Assembly (NCBI GenBank): GCA_965235115.1
Contig: OZ249439.1
Location: forward strand, 14,570,001 to 14,634,000
Length of the DNA stretch: 64,000 nt
Reading direction: 5' to 3'
From: Laetmonice hystrix
Taxonomy: Eukaryota
The notes below the pieces were generated by a model. The model searched no databases. It was not told the origin of the DNA and saw only the letters and a program-made list of their open reading frames with translations. A program made the position numbers and the translations under genes. Shown one piece after another: positions 23,833 through 37,223 of the stretch (its first letter is position 1; every line of letters starts with the position of its first letter).

Positions 23833-26310
23833 TGTTTGTACGAACATCACCACAGAGATCGCCATCGGAACCCATGTTGTCTATACGAACATCACCATCG
23901 CCATTGGAATCCATGTTGTTTGTACGAACATCACCACACAGAGATCACCATCGGAATCCATGTTGTTTGTACGAACATCACCACAGAGATCGCCATCGGA
24001 ATCCATGTTGTTTGTACGAACATCACCACAGAGATCACCATCGGAATCCATGTTGTTTGTACGAACATCACCACAGAGATCGCCATCGGAATCCATGTTG
24101 TTTGTACGAACATCACCACACAGAGATCGCCATCGGAATCCATGTTGTTTGTACGAACATCACCACACACAGATCACCATCGGAATCCATGTTGTTTGTA
24201 CGAACATCACCACAGAGATCACCATCAGAATCCATGTTGTTTGTACGAACATCACCACACAGAGATCGCCATCGGAATCCTTGTTGTTTGTACGAACATC
24301 ACCACAGAGATCGCCATCGGAATCCATGTTGTTTGTACGAACATCACCACAGAGATCGCCATCGGAATCCATGTTGTTTGTACGAACATCACCACAGAGA
24401 TCGCCATCGGAATCCATGTTGTTTGTACGAACATCACCACAGAGATCGCCATCGGAATCCATGTTGTTTGTACGAACATCACCACAGAGATCGCCATCGG
24501 AATCCATGTTGTGTGTACGAACATCACCATCGCCATCGGAATCCATGTTGTTTGTACGAACATCACCACAGAGATCACCATCGGAATCCATGTTGTTTGT
24601 ACGAACATCACCACACAGAGATCACCATCGGAATCCATGTTGTTTGTACGAACATCACCACAGAGATCGCTCTCGGAATCCATGTTGTTTGTACGAACAT
24701 CACCACAGAGATCACCATCGGAATCCATGTTGTTTGTACGAACATCACCACACAGAGATCACCATCGGAATCCATGTTGTTTGTACAAACATCACCACAG
24801 AGATCGCTCTCGGAATCCATGTTGTTTGTACGAACATCACCACACAGAGATCGCCATCGGAATCCTTGTTGTTTGTACGAACATCACCATCGCCATCGGA
24901 ATCCATGTTGTTTGTACGAACATCACCACACAGAGATCACCATCGGAATCCATGTTGTTTGTACGAACATCACCACACAGATCGCCATTGGAATCCATGT
25001 TGTTTGTACGAACATCACCACAGAGATCGCCATCGGAATCCATGTTGTTTGTACGAACATCACCACACACAGATCACCATCGGAATCCATGTTGTTTGTA
25101 CGAACATCACCACACAGAGATCACCATCGGAATCCATGTTGTTTGTACGAACATCACCACAGAGATCACCATCGGAATCCATGTTGTTTGTACGAACATC
25201 ACCACACAGAGATCACCATCGGAATCCATGTTGTTTGTACAAACATCACCACAGAGATCGCCATCGGAATCCATGTTGTTTGTACGAACATCACCACACA
25301 GAGATCACCATCGGAATCCATGTTGTTTGTACGAACATCACCACAGAGATCACCATCGGAATCCATGTTGTTTGTACGAACATCACCACACACAGATCAC
25401 CATCGGAATCCATGTTGTTTGTACAAACATCACCACAGAGATCGCCATCGGAATCCATGTTGTTTGTACGAACATCACCACACAGAGATCACCATCGGAA
25501 TCCATGTTGTTTGTACGAACATCACCACAGAGATCACCATCGGAATCCATGTTGTTTGTACGAACATCACCACAGAGATCACCATCGGAATCCATGTTGT
25601 TTGTACGAACATCACCACAGAGATCGCCATCGGAATCCATGTTGTTTGTACGAACATCACCACAGAGATCGCCATCGGAATCCATGTTGTTTGTACGAAC
25701 ATCACCACAGAGATCGCCATCGGAATCCATGTTGTTTGTACGAACATCACCATCGCCATCGGAATCCATGTTGTTTGTACGAACATCACCACAGAGATGA
25801 ATATCACCACAGAGATCGCTCTCGGAATCCATGTTGTTTGTACGAACATCACCATCGCCATCGGAATCCATGTTGTTTGTACGAACATCATCACAGAGAT
25901 GAATATCACCACAGAGATCGCTCTCGGAATCCATGTTGTTTGTACGAACATCACCACAGAGATTACCATCGGAACCCATGTTGTTTGTACGAACATCACC
26001 ACACAGAGATCACCATCGGAATCCTTGTTGTTTGTACGAACATCACCACACAGATCACCATCGGAATCCATGTTGTTTGTACGAACATCACCACACAGAG
26101 ATCACCATCGGAATCCATGTTGTTTGTACGAACATCACCACACAGAGATCACCATCGGAATCCATGTTGTTTGTACGAAGAACACCACAGAGATCGCCAT
26201 CGGAATCCATGTTGTTTGTACGAACATCACCACAGAGATCGCCATCGGAATCCATGTTGTTTGTACGAACATCACTACAGAGATCACCATCGGAATCCAT
26301 GTTGTTTGTA
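23833..26310. repeat. 45-bp minisatellite, about 55 units (variants of 36 and 47 bp)
   Basis: Unit atcggaatccatgttgtttgtacgaacatcaccacagagatcgcc. It explains the long repetitive ORFs. Confidence 0.97.
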
Positions 26311-26312
26311 AG

Positions 26313-26397
26313 TGGGGGGGGGGGGCACAAACATATCTTTGCCCCCCTGAGAATTGGGGGGGGGATGCCCCCCTGCCCCCCGGTTCCTACGCCAGTG
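26313..26397. mobile_element. Truncated end of a short G/C-run-rich non-autonomous element (ends cctacgccagtg)
   Basis: The G-run/C-run arrangement ends ...gcccccggttcctacgccagtg, which looks like a TIR end. No matching left end was found, and it abuts the 45-bp array. Confidence 0.3.
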
Positions 26398-28783
26398 ACA
26401 ACACCTCTGTACTGGCGATAGGTGATCTAAGTGCGCATGTCAAGATGACAGAGGGCCTACTCCTACACAATCACACAGTTCTTACTGCAATATTTTATGT
26501 GTATTTTTTTAGATGACGTTTTAATACATAATTATAGGTATATAGCCATGTTTGCCATGTCAGTGAACCATGTATTCGTTAAGATGTGGCAAGTAATTAG
26601 CGCTCAGTCCTGTATTATCGAGTCCGAAGGGCGTGTTTAATATGCCCATTCCGCAATAATCTTGTAAGGATGTCTTCAATGACAGTATTTAATGAGTGCA
26701 AGTAGCAGGACTTTACTGAAACATCAATTTGCCATCAGAGGTCAGTGACAGTTTCCATGGTCTCAGGAACATTACCAAGCTTAGTGATACGAATGTGAAA
26801 GTTGTTGAGCGTAATGTTCTTCTGTAAAGTAATTCTCTCCTTTAATCATGGGATCTGGACATGGCCAGATGTGGAAGGTCTCTCGAGTTTCTGTGCCGAG
26901 GTGGTCCTTGTCAAGTAAGAAAAGCAAAGGTCGGTTACATTAAACCACGGGGGAAATAATGTTCACCGTCAGAGGGATTTATAAAAGACGCGTTCTTATT
27001 AAATGTGATTGGTTGAGGAGGCCCGGCCGGGACTGACCTCCTATATTTGTAGGTCGTAGGGGCTCGGAGGTTGCCAGACTTCCGCTTACTTTACGAACCG
27101 GGCTATAATGGAGTTTGGTATACGCCCACAGTACAGAGTGTGGTCGGAAGGAATATTGCACCTGATGACAGTTGTAAATATGGTCCCGAGTGAGTGAGGG
27201 AATTACGGAGTTACGATCTGACAGATGTCATTAAGAAGCAGCATTGATATCGTAATATTCGGTATAGTATTGAAATAATTGTTGACGTTCTTAACAAGTC
27301 ATGCACATTAAAACCTACCGTATGGACGACAGCATGTCTAACATGACACTGAGGTCAGTCACAAGGCAAGGGCTCCTCGCAACTTGATAAATTACTGCTC
27401 ACCTTCAGCGGGGCAGTTTTAGACAGGTTAAATTGACGACATCCCAAGTGAAAGGCTGATAGGTCATAATCAGTCATTACGCGAGAAGAAAAACGCTTTG
27501 ACAAAACTGCAGTTGGGAAAATGGAATATGTGGAGAGAACAAAGTCATTTGTCACCATGACATGCATGTAGGGCCTACTCTGTCAGATAGAACATGATGA
27601 AAACGATAAAATAAGCACTTTACTCTATTATATTTACACAGGCAGTGTAATTACCGCCTCTACTAGTTGACTAACGAGCAACGAATTCGTTTGTTTCAAG
27701 TTAGAGAGAGAAAGAGTTGAATGTGAAATTACATGACCTAAATCGCTGTGTTGTAAGTCCTCTCATCTGAAATCAATAATGATAATGCCCGGATGTTTAC
27801 TGAAACGGCACCAACCCCCAAACCCTTACATTAATTCCCATAAATAAGCCGACCGATCCTTCGATTTGAAGTCAGAACGGTCATAAGGCCACTATCTAAA
27901 GGCCAACGTTCTGTAAAGTAGAAACAGAGGTTATATGAAGGCAAACTTGCCTTGCCACTTTCAGCTTTCACCATACACTGAGTTATGCTGATATCATTAG
28001 GTGCAATGATGTTGTTCCAAATCGTGAATGATAATTTCACCAACGGACGAACTGACTCCTGTAGCGTTTCGTCGTAAAGAAAAAGTAGTGACACGAGAAA
28101 TATACGCATCCTTTCCCCTTACAGTGGTATACTTTGATTGCTTATAATTTGAAAATAAAAAATAGCGATGATAACATTGGCAAAAATATTCTTGAATCGA
28201 TAATATGCACAGAATATAATTATATTATACACTTGGATGGCAATAATATGCTGTCGTCCATGATGCATCACGTAGAACGTGTCAGCGGACTCCGAATATC
28301 AACAAAGCCGAGGTGACCGGCCGGCGACGGACGCTAGCTATAGGCCACGTGGTGACACGTTTACGATCTTAACGTCATCGCCGTCATGAGGTTGTGTATT
28401 TAAAACCAAGGCGCTACGTCTACAGATCATTAGGAAGGCGAGATAGACAGCAGGTGATTATCGAGATGACGAGGGGGATTGTGATGTTGGTAAAGCCTAG
28501 CTGAATGGTGTAGGGGAGAGAGGAGCCCTGGCTTGTAGTGTTACTCCAGGTGCCGGGGGCAGTGAGTGATGGCCGGATCTAGAGACTGATCGGTTGGCCA
28601 AGGCTGAGCGATGGACGCGGTGCAGGAGGTCGATGGGGGAGAGAGACAGTGCCAGCGGAGCTACCGAGTCTACGACTGGGTGGCTGGGTGAGGTTCGGAG
28701 GTCAGTACGTAACATACACGTAACGTAACGGGCTGTTACTAGGTATATAGGCCGTCGCCTTTAACGTACACACGGGGCGGGAA

Positions 28784-29796
28784 ATGTGGGTCAGCCTCTC
28801 AACTTGTAACGTACCCCAGGAAGGATGTGAGGGCCAGCCTCACAACTCGTAACGTACCCCAGGAAGGATGTGAGGGCCAGCCACTCAACTCGTAACGTAC
28901 CCCAGAAGGAATGTGAGGGTCAGCCTCACAACTCGTAACGTACCCTGGGAAGGATGTGAGGGTCAGCCTCACAACTCGTAACGTACCCCAGAAAGGATGT
29001 GAGGGCCAGCCTCACAAGTCGTAACGTACCCCAGGAAGGATGTGAGGGCCAGCCTCACAACTCGTAACGTACCCCAGGAAGGATGTGAGGGCCAGCCACT
29101 CAACTCGTAACGTACCCCAGGAGGGATGTGAGGGTCAGCCTCACAACTCGTAACGTACCCTGGGAAGGATGTGAGGGTCAGCCTCACAACTCGTAACGTA
29201 CCCCAGGAAGGATGTGAGGGCCAGCCACTCAACTCGTAACGTACCCCAGGAAGGATGTGAGGGCCAGCCTCTCAACTCGTAACGTACCCTGGGAAGGATG
29301 TGAGGGCCAGCCTCACAACTCGTAACGTACCCTGGGAGGGATGTGAGGGCCAGCCTCTCAACTCGTAACGTACCCCAGGAAGGATGTGAGGGCCAGCCTC
29401 TCAACTTGTAACGTACCCCAGGAAGGATGTGAGGGCCAGCCTCACAACTCGTAACGTACCCCAGGAAGGATGTGAAGGCCAGCCTCACAACTCGTAACGT
29501 ACCCCAGGAAGGATGTGAGGGCCAGCCTCACAACTCTTAACGTGCCCCAGGAGGGATGTGAAGGCCAGCCTCACAACTCGTAACGTACCCCAGGAGGGAT
29601 GTAAAGGCCAGCCTCACAGCTCTTAACGTGCCCCAGGAGGGATGTAAAGGCCAGCCTCACAACTCGTAACGTACCCCAGGAGGGATGTGAGGGCCAGCCT
29701 CACAACTCGTAACGTACCCCAGGAAGGATGTGAAGGCCAGCCTCACAGCTCTTAACGTGCCCCAGGAGGGATGTGAAGGCCAGCTTCACAACTCGT
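28784..29796. repeat. 43-bp minisatellite, about 23 units
   Basis: Unit aactcgtaacgtaccccaggaaggatgtgagggccagcctcac. Confidence 0.97.
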
Positions 29797-31099
29797 GGGA
29801 CGTTGTACAAACCGTCCTCTGTGTCTCTGAGAACATGAACATGAATAAATGCTATATGTACAGTAACCAGGCGCTGGTCGCCATTCTGCAGCGTTCTGTT
29901 TGGTTATTGTCACCCTTAATGCAGATTACATTGTCATTAATGGAGGTACCTTTCCCCGTTGTGTTTGAGATAAACGCTAATGCTATAGGTACAGCTGTCT
30001 CAAGTGAATATATCGATTACATTATTTGGTGGTATTATGATGCCCTATTTAGCCGGCCATATAATATTGCAGAGAAATGGATATCTGCATTTTGTTTCCG
30101 ATGAGAATAACCTGTTATACCATGTGGTATTTGTACAGGTGAGTGTATATGATCCTTATCTAGAGCCGAAATCCATTGCGGCATCAACAGTTTATTCAGC
30201 GGACTTACACCACACTTCGCCTAATTCCGTCTAAGTGGTTGTGCTTAGTACGTGGTGTATGGGATCTCATGTTTTTGTCATCACAAGTGTAGAAAATCAT
30301 ATGCCATTCAATTACCCATACACTTACTCATACATATGCGAGTCGTTTATCAATATTCTACCTCGTATAATATGGCGCCTTCGTAAGGTTCTGGAACGAA
30401 TCATGTGCAAATGGCCAACCCCTTGCAGATAATCAATACACACTCAATTATATTTGGCAACAAATATCCTTTCCTTTAATGGGTGCTTAACGTAAGATGC
30501 AATGGATCCCGAAGATAGAAATACTATCATAAGTAGCCTAATCATATTATTTACATTTTAGCCGCTAAGGTCAGGGATTATATACCTGTCATATATTGTT
30601 TTACATCTGAAGATCATAATTTTAAAATGTTATTTTCAAAGTAGCGTCATCTATAGCGAAATTGAACAACTCAAGTCTGGAAAATCTTTAAGTCTCTGAG
30701 TTCTTCCCATATTGACTTAAGTCCTACAGTATAACAACCAATGCTTTTATTCCTGCTTTGGCTCTAACACCGCAATTGAGGATATGTTTTAAAAAAAACT
30801 CACTTCGAACAGCGCCTGGGACTAAACATCTTGGCGTAGCTTACGTTGGTACAACAGTCCGGAGGGATGTCTGTGAATCAGTGCCAAAATGTTCCTCAAA
30901 TTGAAAGATTCTTCACGTTTTAGATTGGTTTCTCTCTTTCTTTAGTCTCTTGCTACAACTACCATTAATAATTTCGCATTACACTCCATCTTTCTCCCAA
31001 ACCGACACATTATTGGTTCGCTCTATCACACTGCTGAGAATGCGCTCGATGTCTACGCCCTGAGTCTAACAAAGGTGGAAAGACGGCGGAGGAATGTTG

Positions 31100-31277
31100 A
31101 GTCTGAAAGGTTATCACAACAAAATAGTCCCTCCCGTCTACAGTTAGCCGGTGCCTTTGGCGTGGATAGCCTTCCGCTGTTGTCATTAGGAAAACCATGA
31201 AATCCAAATTGCCTGGTTGCCTTAGCTCCGAAATCCTTGAGACATCGTTTCATATTGGCGTCAGCACAAGAGATCAT
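31100..31277 (-). mobile_element. Decayed THAP-domain-like coding fragment (P-element or Kolobok-type transposon relic)
   Basis: Translation MISCADANMKRCLKDFGAKATRQFGFHGFPNDNSGR...CRREGLFCCDNL resembles the THAP pattern M-x-x-C...FHxFP-x-D...RR...C. The conserved W and H are absent. Confidence 0.35.
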
Positions 31278-32452
31278 GGTCGGTTTTCTACTCACCGATT
31301 CATGGCCGTTTGGCGCCTGGTTGTGGAATTGCGCTGTCAGCCAGTACGTGGTAGACTGTTTCCTGTTTTCGTCTAACCTCATTACTTGCGATAACATCAC
31401 TTCCTAGCTAAGCATGGCCCTGCAGTCTCGCCCGAGGTTTTACGTAAGTGGCCAGAACCCTACTATATACAGTTTGGAATATTCTCGTACCGAACCTATT
31501 TTGTTAGACGATACGGTCTACGTATTGGTGTTTATGTTTATTGTTATTACCTGCCAGTGTGGTGTGGTCTAGAAAAACGGACCCATGTATAGCGATTATT
31601 ATTTATCACCGCATAGGAGCAAAATATAATGAAGGAGTAAGTTAATGGGCAATATTGAAGAGATATTTTCTCTATAAATATTTCGTGTCTGACTACAATG
31701 CATTTAGAAAAAAAGGCTCTTCACTGATCCCATATTTCCCATCGACAAAAAAAAAGAAAGAAAAAAAAAAGAATCGAATGATTGATCTAACACCAGTAGC
31801 ATATTAATTTGTAATGTATGGTACATATAGACAAAATACATATAAATGTGAGAAATGTCTTAGTGTTACTGTGGATGTCGTAATGGCGTGTCGAGAACAT
31901 AATAATTATACAGAGATTGTGTGAAATCTTCCGCATTTATGGCGCCAAATAACATTTTGGAGGAAGCCTGCTGGCTTAAGCGTATAGATTTTACTTTAGC
32001 TGCAGAGATAGTAGGAAAAAGTGCTGGGATATCACCATTCAGTAACATGGTTTCTTTCTCTCGAACGCCTTGCAATATAATGTTACAGATTCAAATGTCG
32101 GGAAAGACGACTTTCACGAAATGCTAGAAAAATAAACTGCCGATAATCGCGATTATAAAGCCATCAAAACTTCAACACTGTGGAGCTAGCCAGAAAAATG
32201 CACTTAACATGCCATTTTTGTTCCTCTTTTGTGAAGTGAATACAATAGGAGCTTGATGTGACAGAGAATGAACGCTCGCACAAAGATCCGGTTATCTGTC
32301 TCCAAATGTATTTGCATAACACTCAGGCGCCAAATCGTATGGGCGTATCGTATGCGTGATGAACCCGCTGAATTGAGAGAAAAGTTGGTAAAGTTCTCAT
32401 TTGATGGTTCTCGGAATAAGAGTACGCGGAGCGATCGGTGATCCTGACTTAA

Positions 32453-32821
32453 TTATGCCGGGAGCCGAAACACAACCTGCACAGACACTAATAACGAATT
32501 ATTCCGCCAGTACGAACACCACACCGGCTGTCTCCACCAACAGCGAATGTTGATCGAAGGTAACACGCGTTTCTTCTTGGCATTTGAAGTGGAAATCCCC
32601 ACACATTTACGGCATAGCACATTAACCTGGTCGGTGTTTTTCCAGCAAGCACTGTCAATCTTCACTGCATTGAAAGTAGCCACGACTCGGCAGTGCGGGT
32701 TGCATGGCGAATGTCTCTTTAAGATGAGCGTGGTATACCTGATGTTGGTGATCCTGTTAATAAGGGCGCTCCCCAGACGAACGTCACACAACACGGTTAA
32801 TCTGGTGCAGCTGGAGATCAA
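32453..32821 (-). mobile_element. Possible degenerate LINE reverse-transcriptase C-terminal fragment
   Basis: ...IRYTTLILKRH...WKNTDQVNVLCRKCVGISTSNAKKKRVLP loosely resembles the KYLGV-x-LD...W-x-x-H...KCVG region of CR1/L2-type RTs. The resemblance was judged by eye only. Confidence 0.25.
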
Positions 32822-34471
32822 GGATACAAACTATGCATCATGTCATGCGTTAAGGTGTGCGTCCGTATCCCTCAGGACAGGAACGGTTGGAGCTGAGGAG
32901 GCAGGCAGTAACAGTATTTGATAGGTACTGTGTGATCTAAGTAACTGAAACTTAAAATAGCAACTCACTGCTATAGTAGAGGGGGCGAATGGCGAAAACC
33001 ACACGTCTATGACTCGAGTTATTAACCCTTTGCCCGTGGACTTTTTGGTTTCCTTCAAACAATATAAAAACTTAAAACAAAAAGTAAAAAGTCCCCTCCA
33101 CACATGTCCCAATGTAAACCCGGCAGACACTGTTTCTCTGCTGAACATCATGGCCAAGTACTTTGAAGGAATTTACGTAAATTCGTTGAAAAAAATCGGT
33201 ACGGTACATAGGTCCTGAATACTATCAACGAGGATAAAATGTTAATCTTTGACTTTTGTTTGAATTTCAACTTGTCCCTTCAGGAATTTTCAAAGTTCGA
33301 TGTTTTTATTATTAAAGGATGGGATGGATAATATCTATCAACAACCAATCTGGAATATAAACACACCTTGGAGCAGAATACTATAGCTGTGTTTGTAAAC
33401 ATTCATTAATTCTGACCGAATTAGAAGGGGGAGATTTTTAATCAAGTTCGAGGCCACTATCACACCAGGTCTGTGATAAACATGTACAGGTAGCTACAAC
33501 TGAGATAATTTGGGGTGGGGGAGGGGGGGGGGTGGAATAGGTTGATGGATACGGTCTTTGTATATTCCCTTAAAAAGGGGGTATGGGAAAGACCTTAACT
33601 TCGATAGCGGTTGCCCCCGATCCCTTCGTTCAGACTTACCACATGTATCCACTTTGGCAAACCACCATCTTCCTATACTACCAATACTATCTCTATATTC
33701 TCCGGGCTTTACCAATTGCTTTGAAATTCAGAAAGGTAAATCCATAAATTTGACAATGCTGTACATCATGTAAGCAAATGGGGGAATGGAAAAAAAGGAA
33801 AAGCACATTATATCCATGGTTCTCTATGGATTGACTTGTGCATGGTATGGTGGGCGTAGAGAAGCTCTTTGTCATGCGGGCAGATTGTGTCCCTGATTGG
33901 CGCGCCCTCCTGCGGACGGATGCACCATCTGGGACGTAACGACGTTTTCACTCCGCCATCCCTGAGACAGGAACACGCTGCGACAGGCGCACCAATATAG
34001 GGCACTAGATGCATTAATATTTCACTAGAGAGGCCGCGTTGTTGAACCAGTCACAAGGCTTTACCCTCAACAGTCTGACGAGATTGACAAACTCTGTGGG
34101 AACTAAAATGATGGTCGAATACATAATCCAGAGTGAGGCTTCTCGTAGTGCCGTAGGGTCCGTCACTAAATGGCTACGGCAGGGAGCAGTGTGTCGCGAC
34201 TACACACTTATATAGAGTATGTTGGGATTAAATATTAAACACGGAGTACATCCACATCTCTGCTCCACACCGAACTTTCATTGTGCCCTCAGGACCTTCG
34301 TAAAGGAGTAATAATTATGTAGGACATACAGCGTGAACATAAACGACGTATGGCGTTAATATTTAATACGTAATGCTATGTAAAAATAATGAATTTTTTA
34401 CGTGGACACTGGAAGCAATAAATAATGATTAAATTGTTAAATAGGTTAATGTAGTAAACAAAAAATCAGTA

Positions 34472-34564
34472 TCTTTTCTCCTCTGCTTCTCTTCTGCTTC
34501 TCTTCTGTCTCTGCCTCTCTCATTTTCTCTCTGTGTCTCTCTCATTCTGTCTCTCTTCTGTCAG
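34472..34564 (+). repeat. CT-rich low-complexity tract ending in CAG
   Basis: About 90 nt of nearly pure pyrimidine, ending tctcttctgtcag. Confidence 0.85.
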
Positions 34565-37204
34565 TACATCCAACATTTGCTATGATTGAGTTGAGGAACC
34601 GCTAATGGAAGGGCATATAACCAATGAATTATATTTGGTCCGACTGAAACAGCCATACCTTTTCTCTAATAAAAGCTGTAGGAAATAATTCGTTTTTGGG
34701 TGGTATGGTTGCAGCGTTTGCTCCCGTCTTTGCTGCTGAAGGCTGAAGCCTTTTGGCTGAACACTTGAGCCATTGGGGCGCAACTAATCCAGATATAAAC
34801 AATGCCACTCTGCAGCGCATAAGAAGAAACATACTTAATGCGTCTTTGTTTAACTCTCTGGATTGCCTACGCTCCGTCAGATCTAACTCAACTGTCTGTC
34901 ACACAAGCATTTATGAAGTTTTCACAACGGCACCACGTTTCCATCGGTGGTTGGCTGCCGCACGTCGGGGCTAGAATTCCGAGATACCTTCCTGAGGCTG
35001 CGATAACGGACACGATAATACACTCACCGCTTTCACTCAGTCAACCGTGAAATATGTCTTAACTGTTATTATTTGTTGGCACGATAGTATACTTCTCTGC
35101 GGAGCATTGTGTAATAAATATTGAAACAGCAGCTTCCTGTGACTTAGGGTAATCTCAGGCAGTAAATTAGGTGAATTATCGTTGCGTACAGGCTCTTGTT
35201 GTAGGCACAACAATAATAGCCATAAAGTATTAGTGGATATGACATTGACAGGGCGAGGGCACCACATTTAATTCCGGTGCACAATATTCACGAGGTTGAA
35301 AACCGATGGAATTATGCGTCATTGTCTTAGAGTATGCATGAATAGACTTGTTATCTACTTGTAGGCCTACACACAGAGACATCCATGTGCACACCCACTC
35401 CCAGTCGATTAAGACGGTATTATTTCCTGCCAGTAGATCAACATGTGTTCTGCCCCTATATAAACGCCAGCCATGCGGTTAGACGGGGAACTTATGCCAT
35501 GCAGCACGGCTGTTGAATCTCATATATCCACTCCGCGCACCCCCGGCTCCATCGACCAGATGGCCGGGATATGCCCACGGCCAAGTAGCGCCAGACAGTC
35601 GTGTGCAGGCAGAAGATAACACATTACAAATAAGTTTTATTTTTCCCCGTGTAACTATAGGGATTATGAAAACAAAGCGCTGGCCTTTTTTGTCATTTTA
35701 ACGTCCGTTTTAGTCGTCACGTGCCCAGTCATGCGCAGACCTCGCATTCAGTATCACTCTATCGGTCCATACGATCGTGGGGGTACTAAACATAGAATAT
35801 TTCAATAACATGTAGCTGCTATAGCGATGGCGGTCAAATTCCTGCAGGATGCCATAATTTGGCAGTGATCCATCCATCCCGCTGTTGTCCAACAAATTGA
35901 TGGCTTACTTCTCATATCACTTCAAATCACTGGAATTTTGAAACACATGCCACATGAATACAGCACTCTATGTCAAGGCATTTCATAGGTGCTTGAGCAC
36001 ACTTTTGAACGTGCTAAGCCTGCACCCTTGATATTTTACCTCTGAGTCCTCATGGCCATCGATTTCGTGTCAGTTTGAAGAGCCCGCATTATACCTTCAA
36101 ATATCCTGACTAAACCGGCTTCCGCCTTGCCATCGATTGGGGCAGGATTGAGGGTCCTCTACCTTTCCCTACAAAGGAGGGTGTAGATGGGTGATTGGGG
36201 GTCATATAACTAGGGATAACAGCCAGGACTTATATAGGTGATAATATTGAACTAAAAATTGGTCTTTCAATGAAGGGGTTCTCTAATAGATTGACATCTA
36301 CTGTGACGCCCAACTGTGTCGCGCATTGACATGGGATCATAAGATGTTTCTGAGGACCTCACCAATCAAATCAGTGTTTTCGTGAATCATTGCTAATAAT
36401 GCGGACTGTACTTATAGTTGTGAATATCACAGTTAGAACAGAAGACAAGACGACCGTCAATTGAATTACCTTGTATTCTGGTACAAATAATGTAAGTAGG
36501 CAGCTCGATCATATCGGATTACGATAATGGGATTCCATCACAAGAACATCAACCTCAAGATTATTGTAGGGTTCCCCTGGCTACATGATAGTCCCTTTTT
36601 ATTCCCGTTTCAATGTAAATCCCAGTTGCAGTGTTAAACTCCAATACCGTTGAGATTCTGAATCGACTGCGCCAGATTCACTGGTATAGAGCGTGCTGTG
36701 AGACAAGCAGGGAGTTGGCTGTAAATCGCTGCAAACGTCACCGACGGCGCTGACGTCCCACTGACGGGTCGTCGGTCGGCAGGATCCACCTCCACTGGCT
36801 GGAGGCCGGCGGCGGCGGCGACCTGACCGTCTCTCTACCTCGGCCCTGTCTCCCTAATGATGTGCGATTAATCGTCTCCCTGGTGGTCCATACCCGCCCT
36901 GGGATGCGCGGAAGGCTTCCTAGAAGCATCCAGTACCGTACGGTGTTTCTCTCTCTACCGCTATCCCCCAAACGTATAGACTCTGGCCGCTGTGCGCCGT
37001 TAGAAGTCCATCGAGAGTAGGCCCCGCAGTGTGCACAAAATTGACGAGAATCCGGGCCTATGGCTGATGATGGTAGATCTTAGATGCGAGGAGATCTGGC
37101 ATATTTGGTATAGAATCAATTGGCAGCGCGGCCGAGCCTGCACGGACAGGCCCGAGTAACTGTTGAGGGTTAATGGAGTCGGCGGTCGTCTTGGTGATGG
37201 TAAA

Positions 37205-37223
37205 AGGCCGTCAGATGGCGTTC
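37205..37223 (+). promoter_or_regulatory. CTCF-like motif
   Basis: aggCCGTCAGATGGCGttc, within a GC-rich block at about 36740-37560. Confidence 0.35.

Noticed and set aside
23714-26516. 865, 654 and 880-aa ORFs as annotated genes
   Set aside because: They are composed entirely of a 45-bp tandem unit, open in all three frames, intronic, and have no splice or domain context. Kept only as a low-level finding.
28784-29796. CRISPR-like array (palindromic repeats of about 40 bp)
   Set aside because: The units are contiguous with no unique spacers, there are no cas genes, and the context is eukaryotic. The same applies to the other arrays.
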